Counted from the stretch's first letter, positions 35,507 through 44,860 are shown. The stretch: DNA of 52,121 nt from Bacteroidales bacterium (GCA_029219425.1 JAQXTJ010000066.1:1-52121), one strand, 5' to 3'. Numbers and translations are program-made. The notes: a model not told the origin generated them from the letters alone.

Positions 35507-36640
35507 TTATGAAATGCGGCGTGCGCCATCCGAGATAACCACGTCATACACCTTTGGCTCGTGGCCATACTTTGCGGCAAATTTCTCCTTGGCTGTGGCG
35601 ATGAACTTGTCGTAAAGCTCCTCCTTCACCAGATTGATTGTGCAGCCACCGAAGCCACCACCCATGATGCGCGAACCGGTCACGCCACACTCCTTGGCAA
35701 TGTCGTTGAGATAGTCGAGCTCCTCGCAGCTAACCTCATAGAGTTTCGACATTCCGGCGTGTGTCTCATACATCTTCTGGCCCACGGTCTCGAAGTCGCC
35801 CTTCTCAAGAGCGGCACACACTGCAAGCACGCGCTCCTTCTCACCGATTACATACTCGGCACGCATGTAGTCCTCCTCCGAAATCTGTTCTTTCACGCGG
35901 TTGAGGTCGTCCATCTCGGCATCGCGTAGTGTCTCGATTCCAAGAGTCTTGGCTACGCGCTCACACGACTCACGACGCTTGTTGTAGGGCGAATCAACCA
36001 GCTCATGCTTCACTACCGAGTCAACGAGCACCAGCTTGTAGCCGTCGGCCTTGAATGGGAAGTATTCAAACTCGCCCGAGCGGCAGTCGAGGCGCATGAG
36101 GCAGTCCTTCTTGCCATGCACCGAGGCAAACTGGTCCATGATTCCGCAGTTCACGCCGCAGTAGTTGTGCTCAGTCGATTGGCCGATGCGGGCAAGCTCA
36201 TATTTCTCAATCTTGTTGTCGTTGAACATGTCGTTGAGCGCAAATGCGAAGCACGACTCCATTGCTGCCGACGACGACAGGCCTGCGCCAAGTGGAATGT
36301 CGCCTGCAAAGATTGCGTCGAATCCCTTCACTGTGCCACCACGCTTGATTGTCTCGCGGCATACACCAAATATATAGCGTGCCCACTGCTGCTCAGGGGC
36401 ATCCTCCTCATTGAGTCCAAACTCGGCATAGTCGTCGATGTCAATCGAATACACACGCACTTTGTCGGTTCCGTTCTCCTTGATTTTGGCCTTGATGCAC
36501 TTGTCGATAGCTCCCGGGAACACAAATCCACCATTATAGTCGGTGTGCTCACCGATGAGGTTGATACGACCCGACGATGCGTAGAGTGATGCTCCGTCGG
36601 CAAAAAGTTCCTTCAGTAATTCTTTGATTTTTTCTTTCAT
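35507..36640 (-). CDS. galK: Galactokinase
   Basis: It has the galactokinase signature GRINLIGEHTDYNGG and the GHMP motif PLGAGLSSSAA. Confidence 0.95.
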   Translation of the reverse strand: MKEKIKELLKELFADGASLYASSGRINLIGEHTDYNGGFVFPGAIDKCIKAKIKENGTDKVRVYSIDIDDYAEFGLNEEDAPEQQWARYIFGVCRETIKRGGTVKGFDAIFAGDIPLGAGLSSSAAMESCFAFALNDMFNDNKIEKYELARIGQSTEHNYCGVNCGIMDQFASVHGKKDCLMRLDCRSGEFEYFPFKADGYKLVLVDSVVKHELVDSPYNKRRESCERVAKTLGIETLRDAEMDDLNRVKEQISEEDYMRAEYVIGEKERVLAVCAALEKGDFETVGQKMYETHAGMSKLYEVSCEELDYLNDIAKECGVTGSRIMGGGFGGCTINLVKEELYDKFIATAKEKFAAKYGHEPKVYDVVISDGARRIS

Positions 36641-36697
36641 TTTATTAGTTTTAGTTGATTAAGTAAAAAAGTCACACTAAAGGTGGTTTCCATGCTC

Positions 36698-36705
36698 CAA
36701 AATTA
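36698..36705 (-). promoter_or_regulatory. Bacteroidetes -7 box (TAATTTTG on minus strand)
   Basis: The plus strand reads CAAAATTA. It lies 58 nt upstream of the galK start at 36640. Confidence 0.5.
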
Positions 36706-36799
36706 GAAATTTTTTTTGATACTGCAAGTATAATTTTATTTTATATTTTAGTAAAATTGTTCAATCCCCTGCAAATACGTCTTTTTTAGCAATTTTTAG

Positions 36800-36830
36800 A
36801 GCAAGAAAGCTCCACATTGTCCTGTGGAGC
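36800..36830 (-). terminator. Terminator hairpin after the GH2 gene
   Basis: Perfect 8-bp stem GCTCCACA / TGTGGAGC. On the minus strand it is followed by TTTCTTGCTC. Confidence 0.5.
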
Positions 36831-36843
36831 CTTCATTTTATTG

Positions 36844-39288
36844 TCATTTCACGTCGATTGTCACCTTGCATGGCTTCACGCCTTTGGCTCGTGCCTCAAA
36901 GGTGATTTTGCCTGACTCTTTCCCGGCTTGCACGATTGCCGTTAGTGCTCCGCTAAAGAGTGGCATCTCCTTGCCCTGGAATGAATAGAGGCAAGTGGGG
37001 TCGCCATTTGCTGTGGCACGGAAGCTGCCGGCCCCCGTCACGTTGAATCTCACCAACCGGTTGTCGGTTGGCACGAGATTGCCGTCCTTGTCGGCCACCT
37101 GCACGGTAATATAGGCCAGGTCCTCGCCATCGGCAGTGAGCGTGGTGCGGTTCACAGTTGCCACCAGGTGATGCGGCTTGCCTGCGGTGCGTATGGTTTT
37201 CTCCTCAGCCTTGTAGCCATTGGAGTCGTAGGCCACCACTCTCACCTCACCCGGCTCATAGCGCACCTCGTTCCACATCAGGCGGTAGCGGTTCATGAGC
37301 GTGGAGTCGTTCTTCTCGCGCACTCCACAGCTCTTGCCGTTCACGAATAGCTCGGCCTTGGGATAGCTCGTATATACGAACACCGGCGTCACCTCGCCCT
37401 CACGGCCTTTCCAGTTCCAGTGCGGAAGCACATGCAGCGTGGCATCGTGCTTGTTCCACACCGAGCGGTAGAGGTAGTAGCGGTCCTTGGGCAGCGATGC
37501 GAGGTCGATGATGCCGAATACCGAGCTGTGGTTGGGCCATGCGTCGGTGTCGTAGGGCGACGGCTCTCCAAGATAGTCGAAACCTGTCCACACAAACTGG
37601 CCGATTACCCAGTCGTGGTCCTCATCGCGGGCAAAGTCATAGTCGGGAGTGTTGCTCCACGAGCAGGCCTCGTTGTCGTAGCTGCTGCTCTGGTGGTTGG
37701 CATGGATTTCGGTGTGATGCTCGCCCCACTTCACCGGAAAGTGATACACACCGCGGCTCGACACCGTGGATGCCGTTTCCGAGCCGAGTATCAGCCCATG
37801 TGGGAGTCGGCGGTAGCACTCATCGTAGTATTGTGGCTTATAATTGAAGCCTGGAATATCGAGTGCGGCGGCAAAGCCATTGTCGAGCACCGATTTTATC
37901 TGGTCGCAGCCGCAAGTGGCAGGGCGCGTGGGGTCGAGGCGGTGAATTATGTCCTGGAGCATCACCAGCTCATTCATTCCCACCGGGCTCCATTGTCCCG
38001 TAACCTCATTGCCTATCGACCACATCACCACTGCCGGCGAGTTGCGGTAGTGCTTCACCATGTTTTCCATGTCGCGTCCGGCCCACTCATTAAAGAAGCG
38101 TCCATAGCCATTGGGCGACTTCGGGCGGAAGCTCCAGTCGTCGAAGGGCTCCAGCATGAGCATCATTCCCATCTCATCGCAAAGCTCCACAAGTTCAGGA
38201 GCCGGCATATTGTGTGAGGTGCGTATGGCATTGGCGCCCATCTCCTTTAGCAGCTCCACCTGGTGGCGCAGCGCAGCACGGTTCATTGCCGCACCCAGCG
38301 GCCCCAGGTCGTGATGGTTGCACACTCCCTTGAATTTCGTAGCCTTGCCATTGAGGAAGAATCCCTTCTCGGGCACATATTTAATCGAGCGAATGCCGAA
38401 GCGGGTGTCGTAGCTGTCAACCTCCTTGCCGTCGATGCTCAGTGTGGTGCGGGCCATATAGAGTGCAGGCGTGTCGGTGCTCCACAGCCGTGGCTTCTTC
38501 ACCAGGAATTGTTGCACAAATTCCTGACCACGGGCTATGTACTCATTCTCGCGGCTTGCCACCTCGCGTCCGTCGGGATTCAGAATCACGGTTTTCACCA
38601 TCACCTTCTCACCCATTGGCCACTTCTCCTGCCGGCGCGCACCTGCAATCTCCATACTCAGGTTCACCGTAGCACCCCCCTCCGATACCTCGGGAGTAGT
38701 CACGAAAGTGCCCCACACGGGAATGTGCACGCGGTGTGTGTCGATGAGATGCACATTGCGGTAGAGTCCTGCGCCGGGATACCAGCGCGACGCCTGCTCA
38801 AAGTTCTCAAGATTCACCTCAAGCGAGTTCTCACCGGGCTTCACCACGCCGTCGAGGCTCACATAGAATGAGTTGTAGCCGTAGGGCCAGTAGCCCACCT
38901 CCTTGCCGTTCACCTTCACATGGGCGTTGCTCATGGCACCGTCGAAGAGAAGCGTGAGGGCACGGTCGGTGGTGTCGGTCACCTCAAAAGTAGTCTTATA
39001 GGAGCCTTTGCCTATAAAGGGCAGGCCACCCGTACGGCCGGTCTTCCAAGTAGCCACTTTCTCGCCATTCTGCTCCACTGCCACCTTCTGCAAGTCGTTG
39101 TTGCGGTCGAAAGGCCCATAGATTGCCCAGTCGTGAGGAATGGTCACTCTCTCCCACTGCGATGTGGCCGTGGCCTCACCGCGGCAAAACTGCCACGACT
39201 CCTTAAGCAGCGACTCCCGGCGTGCGCCAAGAGCAACCACCGATGTCATCATTGCAGTCACCAAAAACACTGTTGATCTCAAATTCAT
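36844..39288 (-). CDS. Glycoside hydrolase family 2 (probable beta-galactosidase), secreted
   Basis: It has a signal peptide, the GH2 TIM-barrel signatures NAIRTSHN and WSIGNEV, and a size of 814 aa. It lies next to galK/galM. Confidence 0.88.
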   Translation of the reverse strand: MNLRSTVFLVTAMMTSVVALGARRESLLKESWQFCRGEATATSQWERVTIPHDWAIYGPFDRNNDLQKVAVEQNGEKVATWKTGRTGGLPFIGKGSYKTTFEVTDTTDRALTLLFDGAMSNAHVKVNGKEVGYWPYGYNSFYVSLDGVVKPGENSLEVNLENFEQASRWYPGAGLYRNVHLIDTHRVHIPVWGTFVTTPEVSEGGATVNLSMEIAGARRQEKWPMGEKVMVKTVILNPDGREVASRENEYIARGQEFVQQFLVKKPRLWSTDTPALYMARTTLSIDGKEVDSYDTRFGIRSIKYVPEKGFFLNGKATKFKGVCNHHDLGPLGAAMNRAALRHQVELLKEMGANAIRTSHNMPAPELVELCDEMGMMLMLEPFDDWSFRPKSPNGYGRFFNEWAGRDMENMVKHYRNSPAVVMWSIGNEVTGQWSPVGMNELVMLQDIIHRLDPTRPATCGCDQIKSVLDNGFAAALDIPGFNYKPQYYDECYRRLPHGLILGSETASTVSSRGVYHFPVKWGEHHTEIHANHQSSSYDNEACSWSNTPDYDFARDEDHDWVIGQFVWTGFDYLGEPSPYDTDAWPNHSSVFGIIDLASLPKDRYYLYRSVWNKHDATLHVLPHWNWKGREGEVTPVFVYTSYPKAELFVNGKSCGVREKNDSTLMNRYRLMWNEVRYEPGEVRVVAYDSNGYKAEEKTIRTAGKPHHLVATVNRTTLTADGEDLAYITVQVADKDGNLVPTDNRLVRFNVTGAGSFRATANGDPTCLYSFQGKEMPLFSGALTAIVQAGKESGKITFEARAKGVKPCKVTIDVK

Positions 39289-39361
39289 GCTGTGATATAG
39301 GTTGTTTCTTTAGTTTATGTAATATCTATTGCCAATATGGCATCATTATCTCAATTGCCCG

Positions 39362-40489
39362 TCACAGAAGCTTCACGCCTATGCCCGGACGGTCGGGTAA
39401 TGTCACCTGTCCGCTCACTATCTTCAGGCCGTCAAAACGGTCGTTGGCAATAAGCAGGTTACCGTCGAGGTCGGCCCAATCGACCAGCGGCGAAATCTGC
39501 GCGGCAGCAGTAACAGCACACGACGTCTCGGTCATGCAGCCCACCATGATTTTCATGTCCAAAGCACGCGCGAGCACCACCATCTGGTAGGCCTCGTGAA
39601 GTCCTGTACTCTTCATAAGCTTGATGTTGATACCGTCATACACGCCGTGGAAACGCTTAATGTCGCCAATGCGCTGGAATGCCTCATCGGCAATAATAGG
39701 CAAGTTGCTGCGCTCGCGCAGCCATGCAGTCTCGTCGAGCATTTCCTTAGGCATAGGCTGCTCCACAAAGAGGCAATTCTTGTCGTAGAGCCACTCTATC
39801 ATCTCCAGGGCCTTGTGCTTGTCGCTCCAGCCCTGGTTGGCATCCACGCAGATAGGGCGGTCGGTCATGCTGCGGATAATCTCCACCAGTTCCTTGTCGT
39901 TGTCTAGCCCCATCTTCACCTTCAGCACCTTGTAAGGCTCAGCCTCAAGCACCTTCTGGCGCACCACATCGGCCTTGTCTATGCCAATAGTGAACGAAGT
40001 GCACGGAGCCTTCTCGGGCGAGAGTCCCCATATCTTATACCACGGCTGGCCCATAATCTTACCCAGCAGGTCGTGAAGCGCAATGTCCACCGAAGCCTTG
40101 GCAGCACGGTTGCCGGGCGCGATGCCATCCACATAGCGCAGAATCTCCTCCATACGGAAAGGGTCGGCAAATTGCGACAGATCCACCTTGCTCAAGAAGT
40201 TGCACACGCTCTCCACACTCTCGCCGAGATAGGGAGGCATAGAAGCCTCACCATAGCCCACAACACCATCAAGTTCAATCTGCACCTGCACATCGGGCGT
40301 AGTGGTGCGGCTGAATTTCGCAAGATTGAAAGCATGGCGCAATTGCAGCTCATAGGGCATAAAAGAGAGCTTCATGCGACCCGGTTTTGACACCTTCTTG
40401 GTTGCCGAGCCAAGAGCCGAAAGCGAAATCGGCGACGAGGCAGCAATCAGCCCCAGTCCGGCTCCAATCAAAAATTTTCGTCTATCCAT
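39362..40489 (-). CDS. Dipeptide epimerase of the enolase superfamily (L-Ala-D/L-Glu epimerase-like) with a twin-arginine-type signal
   Basis: MLE-subgroup catalytic pattern: VLKVKMG (KxK), VDANQGW, VEQP, IADE, and IKLMKSTG (second Lys). The N-terminus MDRRKFLIGAGLGLIAASS resembles a Tat signal. Confidence 0.85.
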   Translation of the reverse strand: MDRRKFLIGAGLGLIAASSPISLSALGSATKKVSKPGRMKLSFMPYELQLRHAFNLAKFSRTTTPDVQVQIELDGVVGYGEASMPPYLGESVESVCNFLSKVDLSQFADPFRMEEILRYVDGIAPGNRAAKASVDIALHDLLGKIMGQPWYKIWGLSPEKAPCTSFTIGIDKADVVRQKVLEAEPYKVLKVKMGLDNDKELVEIIRSMTDRPICVDANQGWSDKHKALEMIEWLYDKNCLFVEQPMPKEMLDETAWLRERSNLPIIADEAFQRIGDIKRFHGVYDGINIKLMKSTGLHEAYQMVVLARALDMKIMVGCMTETSCAVTAAAQISPLVDWADLDGNLLIANDRFDGLKIVSGQVTLPDRPGIGVKLL

Positions 40490-40537
40490 AATTCACATAT
40501 TAATTATCACTTCATCCCCACCTCCCACCAACATCCC

Positions 40538-40593
40538 AATATCCAATATCCAGTATCTAATATCCAGTATCTAATATCCAATATCTAATATCT
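40538..40593. repeat. Heptanucleotide tandem repeat, 8 units (AATATCC / AGTATCT / AATATCT)
   Basis: Units begin at 40538, 40545, 40552, 40559, 40566, 40573, 40580 and 40587. The array is intergenic, between the peptidase stop and the epimerase start. Confidence 0.9.
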
Positions 40594-40600
40594 AAAAAAC

Positions 40601-40621
40601 TCCTAACTCCTAACTCCTAAC
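40601..40621. repeat. Heptanucleotide tandem repeat TCCTAAC x3 (GTTAGGA on the mRNA strand)
   Basis: Three perfect units at 40601, 40608 and 40615, immediately after the peptidase stop codon (40626-40628). Confidence 0.9.
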
Positions 40622-40625
40622 TAAA

Positions 40626-41756
40626 CTAAAAGTACCACTTATGCTCCTTCACAGCCACGATACCCGCAGTACCCACCTCACCGTCGATGCGACTTATCGA
40701 GAGGAACGGCGTAGTAAGATAGCCCGCAGCATCTGGATTCACGCTGTTGATTTTCACCCGACCCGAACAATGGATATACTCACCGTCGCGCAAGTAGATA
40801 CCCACATGCGTCACCCTTCCACTCTTAGAGCCGAAGAACACCAAGTCGCCAAGTCGCGCTTTTTGCCACTCCTCAGCTGCAATCCTCTTGCCTGTGAGAG
40901 CCTGTTGCGAGGCATCGCGCTGCAATATTATTGCATTTGCAAAATAGCTCACCTTGGCCAGACCCGAACAGTCGGTCACCTTCGTCGAAGTGCCGCCCCA
41001 CAGGTAGCCTGCGCCCATCATGCGGCGAGCAGTCTTCTCCACCAGCTTCATGTCGGGCTTCTGCTGTGCCCACTCAGCAAACTCCTTCACATCGGCCTGC
41101 GCCACATATCCCTCGCGGCCATCGGGAGTGGCGAGCTTAATCCACTTGCCGCTCCTCCCCTTATATTCAAGAATGTTGCCAAGCACCAGGTCGCTCACCG
41201 TGGCATCGCTGCCGGGTTTCTCCACCATCTGCGATTGATAGGCCGTGACGATGTAGCGCCTTGCACTGCGCCACGCCCTCATCTCGCGCTCAGTGGTCAG
41301 ATGCAGCGAGTTGCCGGGACAATACGATATGTAGTTATCGGGCGTCTGCACGCGATACCAGTCGCCCTTCTTCTCAAGCACCTTCACCGGCATTCCCATT
41401 ATGGCCTGCGTGGCCATCTCGGCGGCATGGCGGCCGTCGGTGCGCAACGAGGCAATAGCCAACTTCACTATTGCCCAAGGCTTATCAAGGCTATTCTCAA
41501 GCACTGCAATGCTATCTACAACATCAATGCCAAGGCGCTTAGCCTCTTCGAGTATCACAGTCTTGTTCTTAGCATTATCCACCACACCCTTCAGCGTCCA
41601 TGCGCGGTAATGCTCCACGCAGTCGATATTCCAGATGGCCGTGCGTCCATCGGGCGCATAAGTTCTCTTCAGGCTATCCACCACCTGCTTCATGCAATGT
41701 GCATTTGCCGGAACTATGCACACAATGGCAGCCAAAATTAAAATCAATTTCTTCAT
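40626..41756 (-). CDS. NlpC/P60 (C40) peptidase with N-terminal SH3b-like domains, YkfC-like gamma-D-glutamyl-L-diamino acid endopeptidase
   Basis: It has a signal peptide, the catalytic Cys in TDCSGLAKVSY and His in VTHVGIYL. It is adjacent to the dipeptide epimerase, as in the ykfB/ykfC arrangement. Confidence 0.85.
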   Translation of the reverse strand: MKKLILILAAIVCIVPANAHCMKQVVDSLKRTYAPDGRTAIWNIDCVEHYRAWTLKGVVDNAKNKTVILEEAKRLGIDVVDSIAVLENSLDKPWAIVKLAIASLRTDGRHAAEMATQAIMGMPVKVLEKKGDWYRVQTPDNYISYCPGNSLHLTTEREMRAWRSARRYIVTAYQSQMVEKPGSDATVSDLVLGNILEYKGRSGKWIKLATPDGREGYVAQADVKEFAEWAQQKPDMKLVEKTARRMMGAGYLWGGTSTKVTDCSGLAKVSYFANAIILQRDASQQALTGKRIAAEEWQKARLGDLVFFGSKSGRVTHVGIYLRDGEYIHCSGRVKINSVNPDAAGYLTTPFLSISRIDGEVGTAGIVAVKEHKWYF

Positions 41757-41805
41757 AATTTTTATAAAGTCAAAGGTCTAAAAATCTAAAGTCTAAGCTC
41801 ACAGC

Positions 41806-43275
41806 TCATCGCTCAAACGAGTCAATGCTCAGTGTTGAGTTCCATTTTTGCATCGGCAGGTTGCCACCGCGCCACTCCACCTCACCGAGCTGGAAATCCA
41901 CCGTCTCGCAGCGAACATATTTCTTCTCGGGCGACAGTTTGCCGTTCACACCCTCATTGGTGGCAAAGCGGTAGATGTCGGTACCCGTCTTGTAGATGTC
42001 CTTTATGCCCGTACCCTTCGTTGAGCGGCCAAACGACACATCACAGGGCACCCAGCCGGTTCCCTCAAAGTATATCTCTCCCCAGTCGTGCAGGTTCTTG
42101 TCGCCGGGATGGAGCATCCATCCACTCTCCCAGCGGGCAGGTATGCCGAGCGAGCGCAGCAAGGTGATATTGAGCAGCGACACCTGCCCACAGTCGCCAT
42201 GCCCATGTTCCAGCACATATTCGGGAATATTGGGAATGGTGCTATAATCGCGAGCACCGGCCCATGGGTAGCGAGCCACAATCCAGTCGTATATCTTGCT
42301 CGCCTGCTCCACCGGGTTGGTCTCATCGCCCACTATGCTCCTGGCAAGCTCACGCATCTTGTCGTTCACAACGATGTGCGGACGCTCGGTGGCTGTGAAG
42401 CGTGCATACAGCTCCGATGTGGTGTCGTAGGGCTTGAGGTTGCGCTTCAGCTCATCGATGGCAAAGTATTGCCCGCCCACATCATAGCTCACTTCAATGC
42501 CAAATTGTGTGGGCTTGCCTGCCTCGGCGGGTGCTTCCATATACACCGTGTGGTGCACCGAGCCTTGCGACATTGTGGGCTTGTGCGACGACGACAACAG
42601 CCTGATATTGCGCTGGCGTCCGTTCTCGAATGGGAATGGCAACCACACCCTCACCATCTCGCCTGTAGGCACTGCTCCTGCCTCCACCTCAAGGCTGAAT
42701 GTGAGTTTCACACGGTGCCAGTTGCGTGTGCCCCGCTCATCGGGCTGCTTGGCAATCATGTCGTTGAAGTATGCTGCGTATTTCTCCTCCACTCCGCGCT
42801 TGGCGAGCTTGTTGTAGAGTCCGAAATCCTCCACGTCGATAAGTCGGAGGTTGCGCACCGACTTGCGAAACCACATCTCTCGGCCGTCGATGGTCATTGT
42901 TTCCAGATATCCCTTGCTTTTCCATTCGGCGATAAGCTCATCATCGGCTTCAGGCACTATCTCCTTCACCATTTTCACGCCTTCCTCGGGAGTGAGGCTG
43001 AAGTCGTAGCGCAAGCGTCCTATTATCTCTTGCAGCGAGTCGATTTGCAGTGCACAGCGTACCCTGTCATCGCTGCAAAGCGAGTCCATGAGCTGCTGTG
43101 CCCTCATCAGCTCCCCGGCATGCACCAGCCCACAGGCCTCTCTTGCCCATTGTTCGGCCACAGGCTCATCGCCGACTGCCTCCGGCCGCGATTCTCCGGC
43201 CCCCGTAGCGCACGAAGCCACCGACAGCAGCATTGCTACTCCGGCTAAACATACAATGTTCTTTCTCTGTCTCAT
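41806..43275 (-). CDS. Transglutaminase-like domain lipoprotein
   Basis: The transglutaminase core is GHGDCGQVS…HDWGEIY…D. ATG 43275 gives the lipoprotein signal MRQRKNIVCLAGVAMLLSVASC. The longer track start at 43359 is also possible. Confidence 0.82.
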   Translation of the reverse strand: MRQRKNIVCLAGVAMLLSVASCATGAGESRPEAVGDEPVAEQWAREACGLVHAGELMRAQQLMDSLCSDDRVRCALQIDSLQEIIGRLRYDFSLTPEEGVKMVKEIVPEADDELIAEWKSKGYLETMTIDGREMWFRKSVRNLRLIDVEDFGLYNKLAKRGVEEKYAAYFNDMIAKQPDERGTRNWHRVKLTFSLEVEAGAVPTGEMVRVWLPFPFENGRQRNIRLLSSSHKPTMSQGSVHHTVYMEAPAEAGKPTQFGIEVSYDVGGQYFAIDELKRNLKPYDTTSELYARFTATERPHIVVNDKMRELARSIVGDETNPVEQASKIYDWIVARYPWAGARDYSTIPNIPEYVLEHGHGDCGQVSLLNITLLRSLGIPARWESGWMLHPGDKNLHDWGEIYFEGTGWVPCDVSFGRSTKGTGIKDIYKTGTDIYRFATNEGVNGKLSPEKKYVRCETVDFQLGEVEWRGGNLPMQKWNSTLSIDSFER

Positions 43276-43381
43276 TGTAATTGGTACTATTTTTTTCAAT
43301 AACAAAGCGGTTTTCTCGAGTTTTTTAGTGCATCTGTATTCTTCGATTGCACAATTCAAGATTGCATCCCCGATACACTTA

Positions 43382-43389
43382 CAAAGTTA
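43382..43389 (-). promoter_or_regulatory. Bacteroidetes -7 box (TAACTTTG on minus strand)
   Basis: The plus strand reads CAAAGTTA. It lies upstream of the transglutaminase-like gene, in the region divergent from bamD. Confidence 0.45.
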
Positions 43390-43546
43390 TATCTTTTCTC
43401 CGAAATCTCTGACATATAAGCCCAAAAAATTGCCGAAATCGCAATTATTGCGTCCCAATCGACTTCTTGGCTTCTTTTATTACAATTATTCGCGTATCAT
43501 TAGCATTATTTTTCACTCAGCATTTTGCCATATTAGGATTAATCAG

Positions 43547-43554
43547 TAACTTTG
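43547..43554 (+). promoter_or_regulatory. Bacteroidetes -7 box TAACTTTG
   Basis: It lies 31 nt before the bamD ATG at 43585 and overlaps the TTG start of the track ORF. Confidence 0.55.
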
Positions 43555-43584
43555 CACTCTCAAAAAAGGATTTTTATTATTGAT

Positions 43585-44388
43585 ATGAAACAACGCATAT
43601 TATATATCATATTCGCCTCAATGTTGCTTGCGAGCTGTGGCGAATATAACAAAGTGCTCAAAAGCACCGACTATAACTACAAATTCGATTATGCCAAGAA
43701 GGCTTTCGAAAAAGGTAAATATGCGCAGTCCTACACTATCCTCACCGACCTTATCCCTGTGTTCAAGGGCACCGACAAGGCCGAGGAGGCTCTCTATCTA
43801 CTTGCACTGAGCTACTATCAGAACAAGGACTACATCAGCTCCGGCGCTTACTTCAAGTCCTACTACACCAATTATCCAAAGGGACAGTACACCGAGCTGG
43901 CCCGATTCTATGCCGGATATGGCTACTACCTCGACTCCCCCGAGTCGCAGCTCGACCAGACCGACACCTACAAGGCTATTGAGGAGCTGCAAGGATTCCT
44001 CGACTACTTCCCTAAGAGCGACAAAGTGTCAATTGCGCAGAATGCAATCTTCGAGCTTCAGGACAAGCTCGTTTTCAAGGAGCTGCAAAATGCACAGCTC
44101 TACTACAACCTCGGAAACTACATGGGCAACAACTACGAATCGGCTGTGATTGTCGCCAAAAATGCTATCAAGGACTATCCCTACAGCAAATACAAGGAAC
44201 AACTCGAAATGCTCATCCTGAAGGCACGCTACCAGGAGGCTTCGCAGAGTGTGGACGAAAAGAAGGTGGAGCGTTTCCGCGACGTAATCGACGAATACTA
44301 CTCCTTCATCAACGACTATCCCGAAAGCGAAACCCGTGAGGAAGCCGACAACATCTTCAAGATTGCGAGCAAATATGTGAAAGAATAA
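43585..44388 (+). CDS. bamD: Outer membrane protein assembly factor BamD (TPR lipoprotein)
   Basis: It has the lipobox MLLASCG and TPR-like repeats, and is followed by rpoZ as in Bacteroidetes. Confidence 0.85.
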   Translation: MKQRILYIIFASMLLASCGEYNKVLKSTDYNYKFDYAKKAFEKGKYAQSYTILTDLIPVFKGTDKAEEALYLLALSYYQNKDYISSGAYFKSYYTNYPKGQYTELARFYAGYGYYLDSPESQLDQTDTYKAIEELQGFLDYFPKSDKVSIAQNAIFELQDKLVFKELQNAQLYYNLGNYMGNNYESAVIVAKNAIKDYPYSKYKEQLEMLILKARYQEASQSVDEKKVERFRDVIDEYYSFINDYPESETREEADNIFKIASKYVKE

Positions 44389-44413
44389 TTTTTTAGCTGA
44401 ATATACAACGAAA

Positions 44414-44749
44414 ATGGATTACAAGAAATCAAACGCACCTCTCAACACCGTCACACGCGACATGATTAAGTTGTCGGAGGAAACCGGCAACGTCTATGAA
44501 ACCGTTTGCATCATTGCTAAGCGTGCAAACCAGATTGCCGTGGAGATGAAGCACGACTTGGAGAAGAAGCTCCAGGAGTTTGCATCTATGAACGACAACC
44601 TTGAGGAGATTTCGGAGAACCGCGAGCAGATTGAGATTTCCCGTTACTACGAGAAATTGCCTAAGCCCGTGCTTATCGCCACTCAGGAATTTGAGGAGCA
44701 CAAGCTCGTGTATCGCAACCTCGCCAAAGAAAAGGACAGCAACCTCTAA
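44414..44749 (+). CDS. rpoZ: DNA-directed RNA polymerase subunit omega (Bacteroidetes long form)
   Basis: It has an Rpb6/omega-like core (NVYETVCIIAKRANQIA) and the conserved position after bamD. Confidence 0.75.
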   Translation: MDYKKSNAPLNTVTRDMIKLSEETGNVYETVCIIAKRANQIAVEMKHDLEKKLQEFASMNDNLEEISENREQIEISRYYEKLPKPVLIATQEFEEHKLVYRNLAKEKDSNL

Positions 44750-44790
44750 TTCCCACAGGCAGCTATCCTGTCACATAAATCGCTTTGCAA

Positions 44791-44818
44791 GCGGCAGCCC
44801 GTGATGGCTGTCGCTTTT
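44791..44818 (+). terminator. Rho-independent terminator (first of a tandem pair)
   Basis: A 9-bp stem GCGGCAGCC / GGCTGTCGC (one G-U pair) followed by TTTT. Confidence 0.65.
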
Positions 44819-44828
44819 CCTGCTTGCA

Positions 44829-44860
44829 CCTGGGCCGTCAAGCCCAGGCGCTGTTTTTTT
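44829..44860 (+). terminator. Rho-independent terminator (second of a tandem pair)
   Basis: Stem CCTGGGC / GCCCAGG followed by CGCTGTTTTTTT. Confidence 0.7.
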
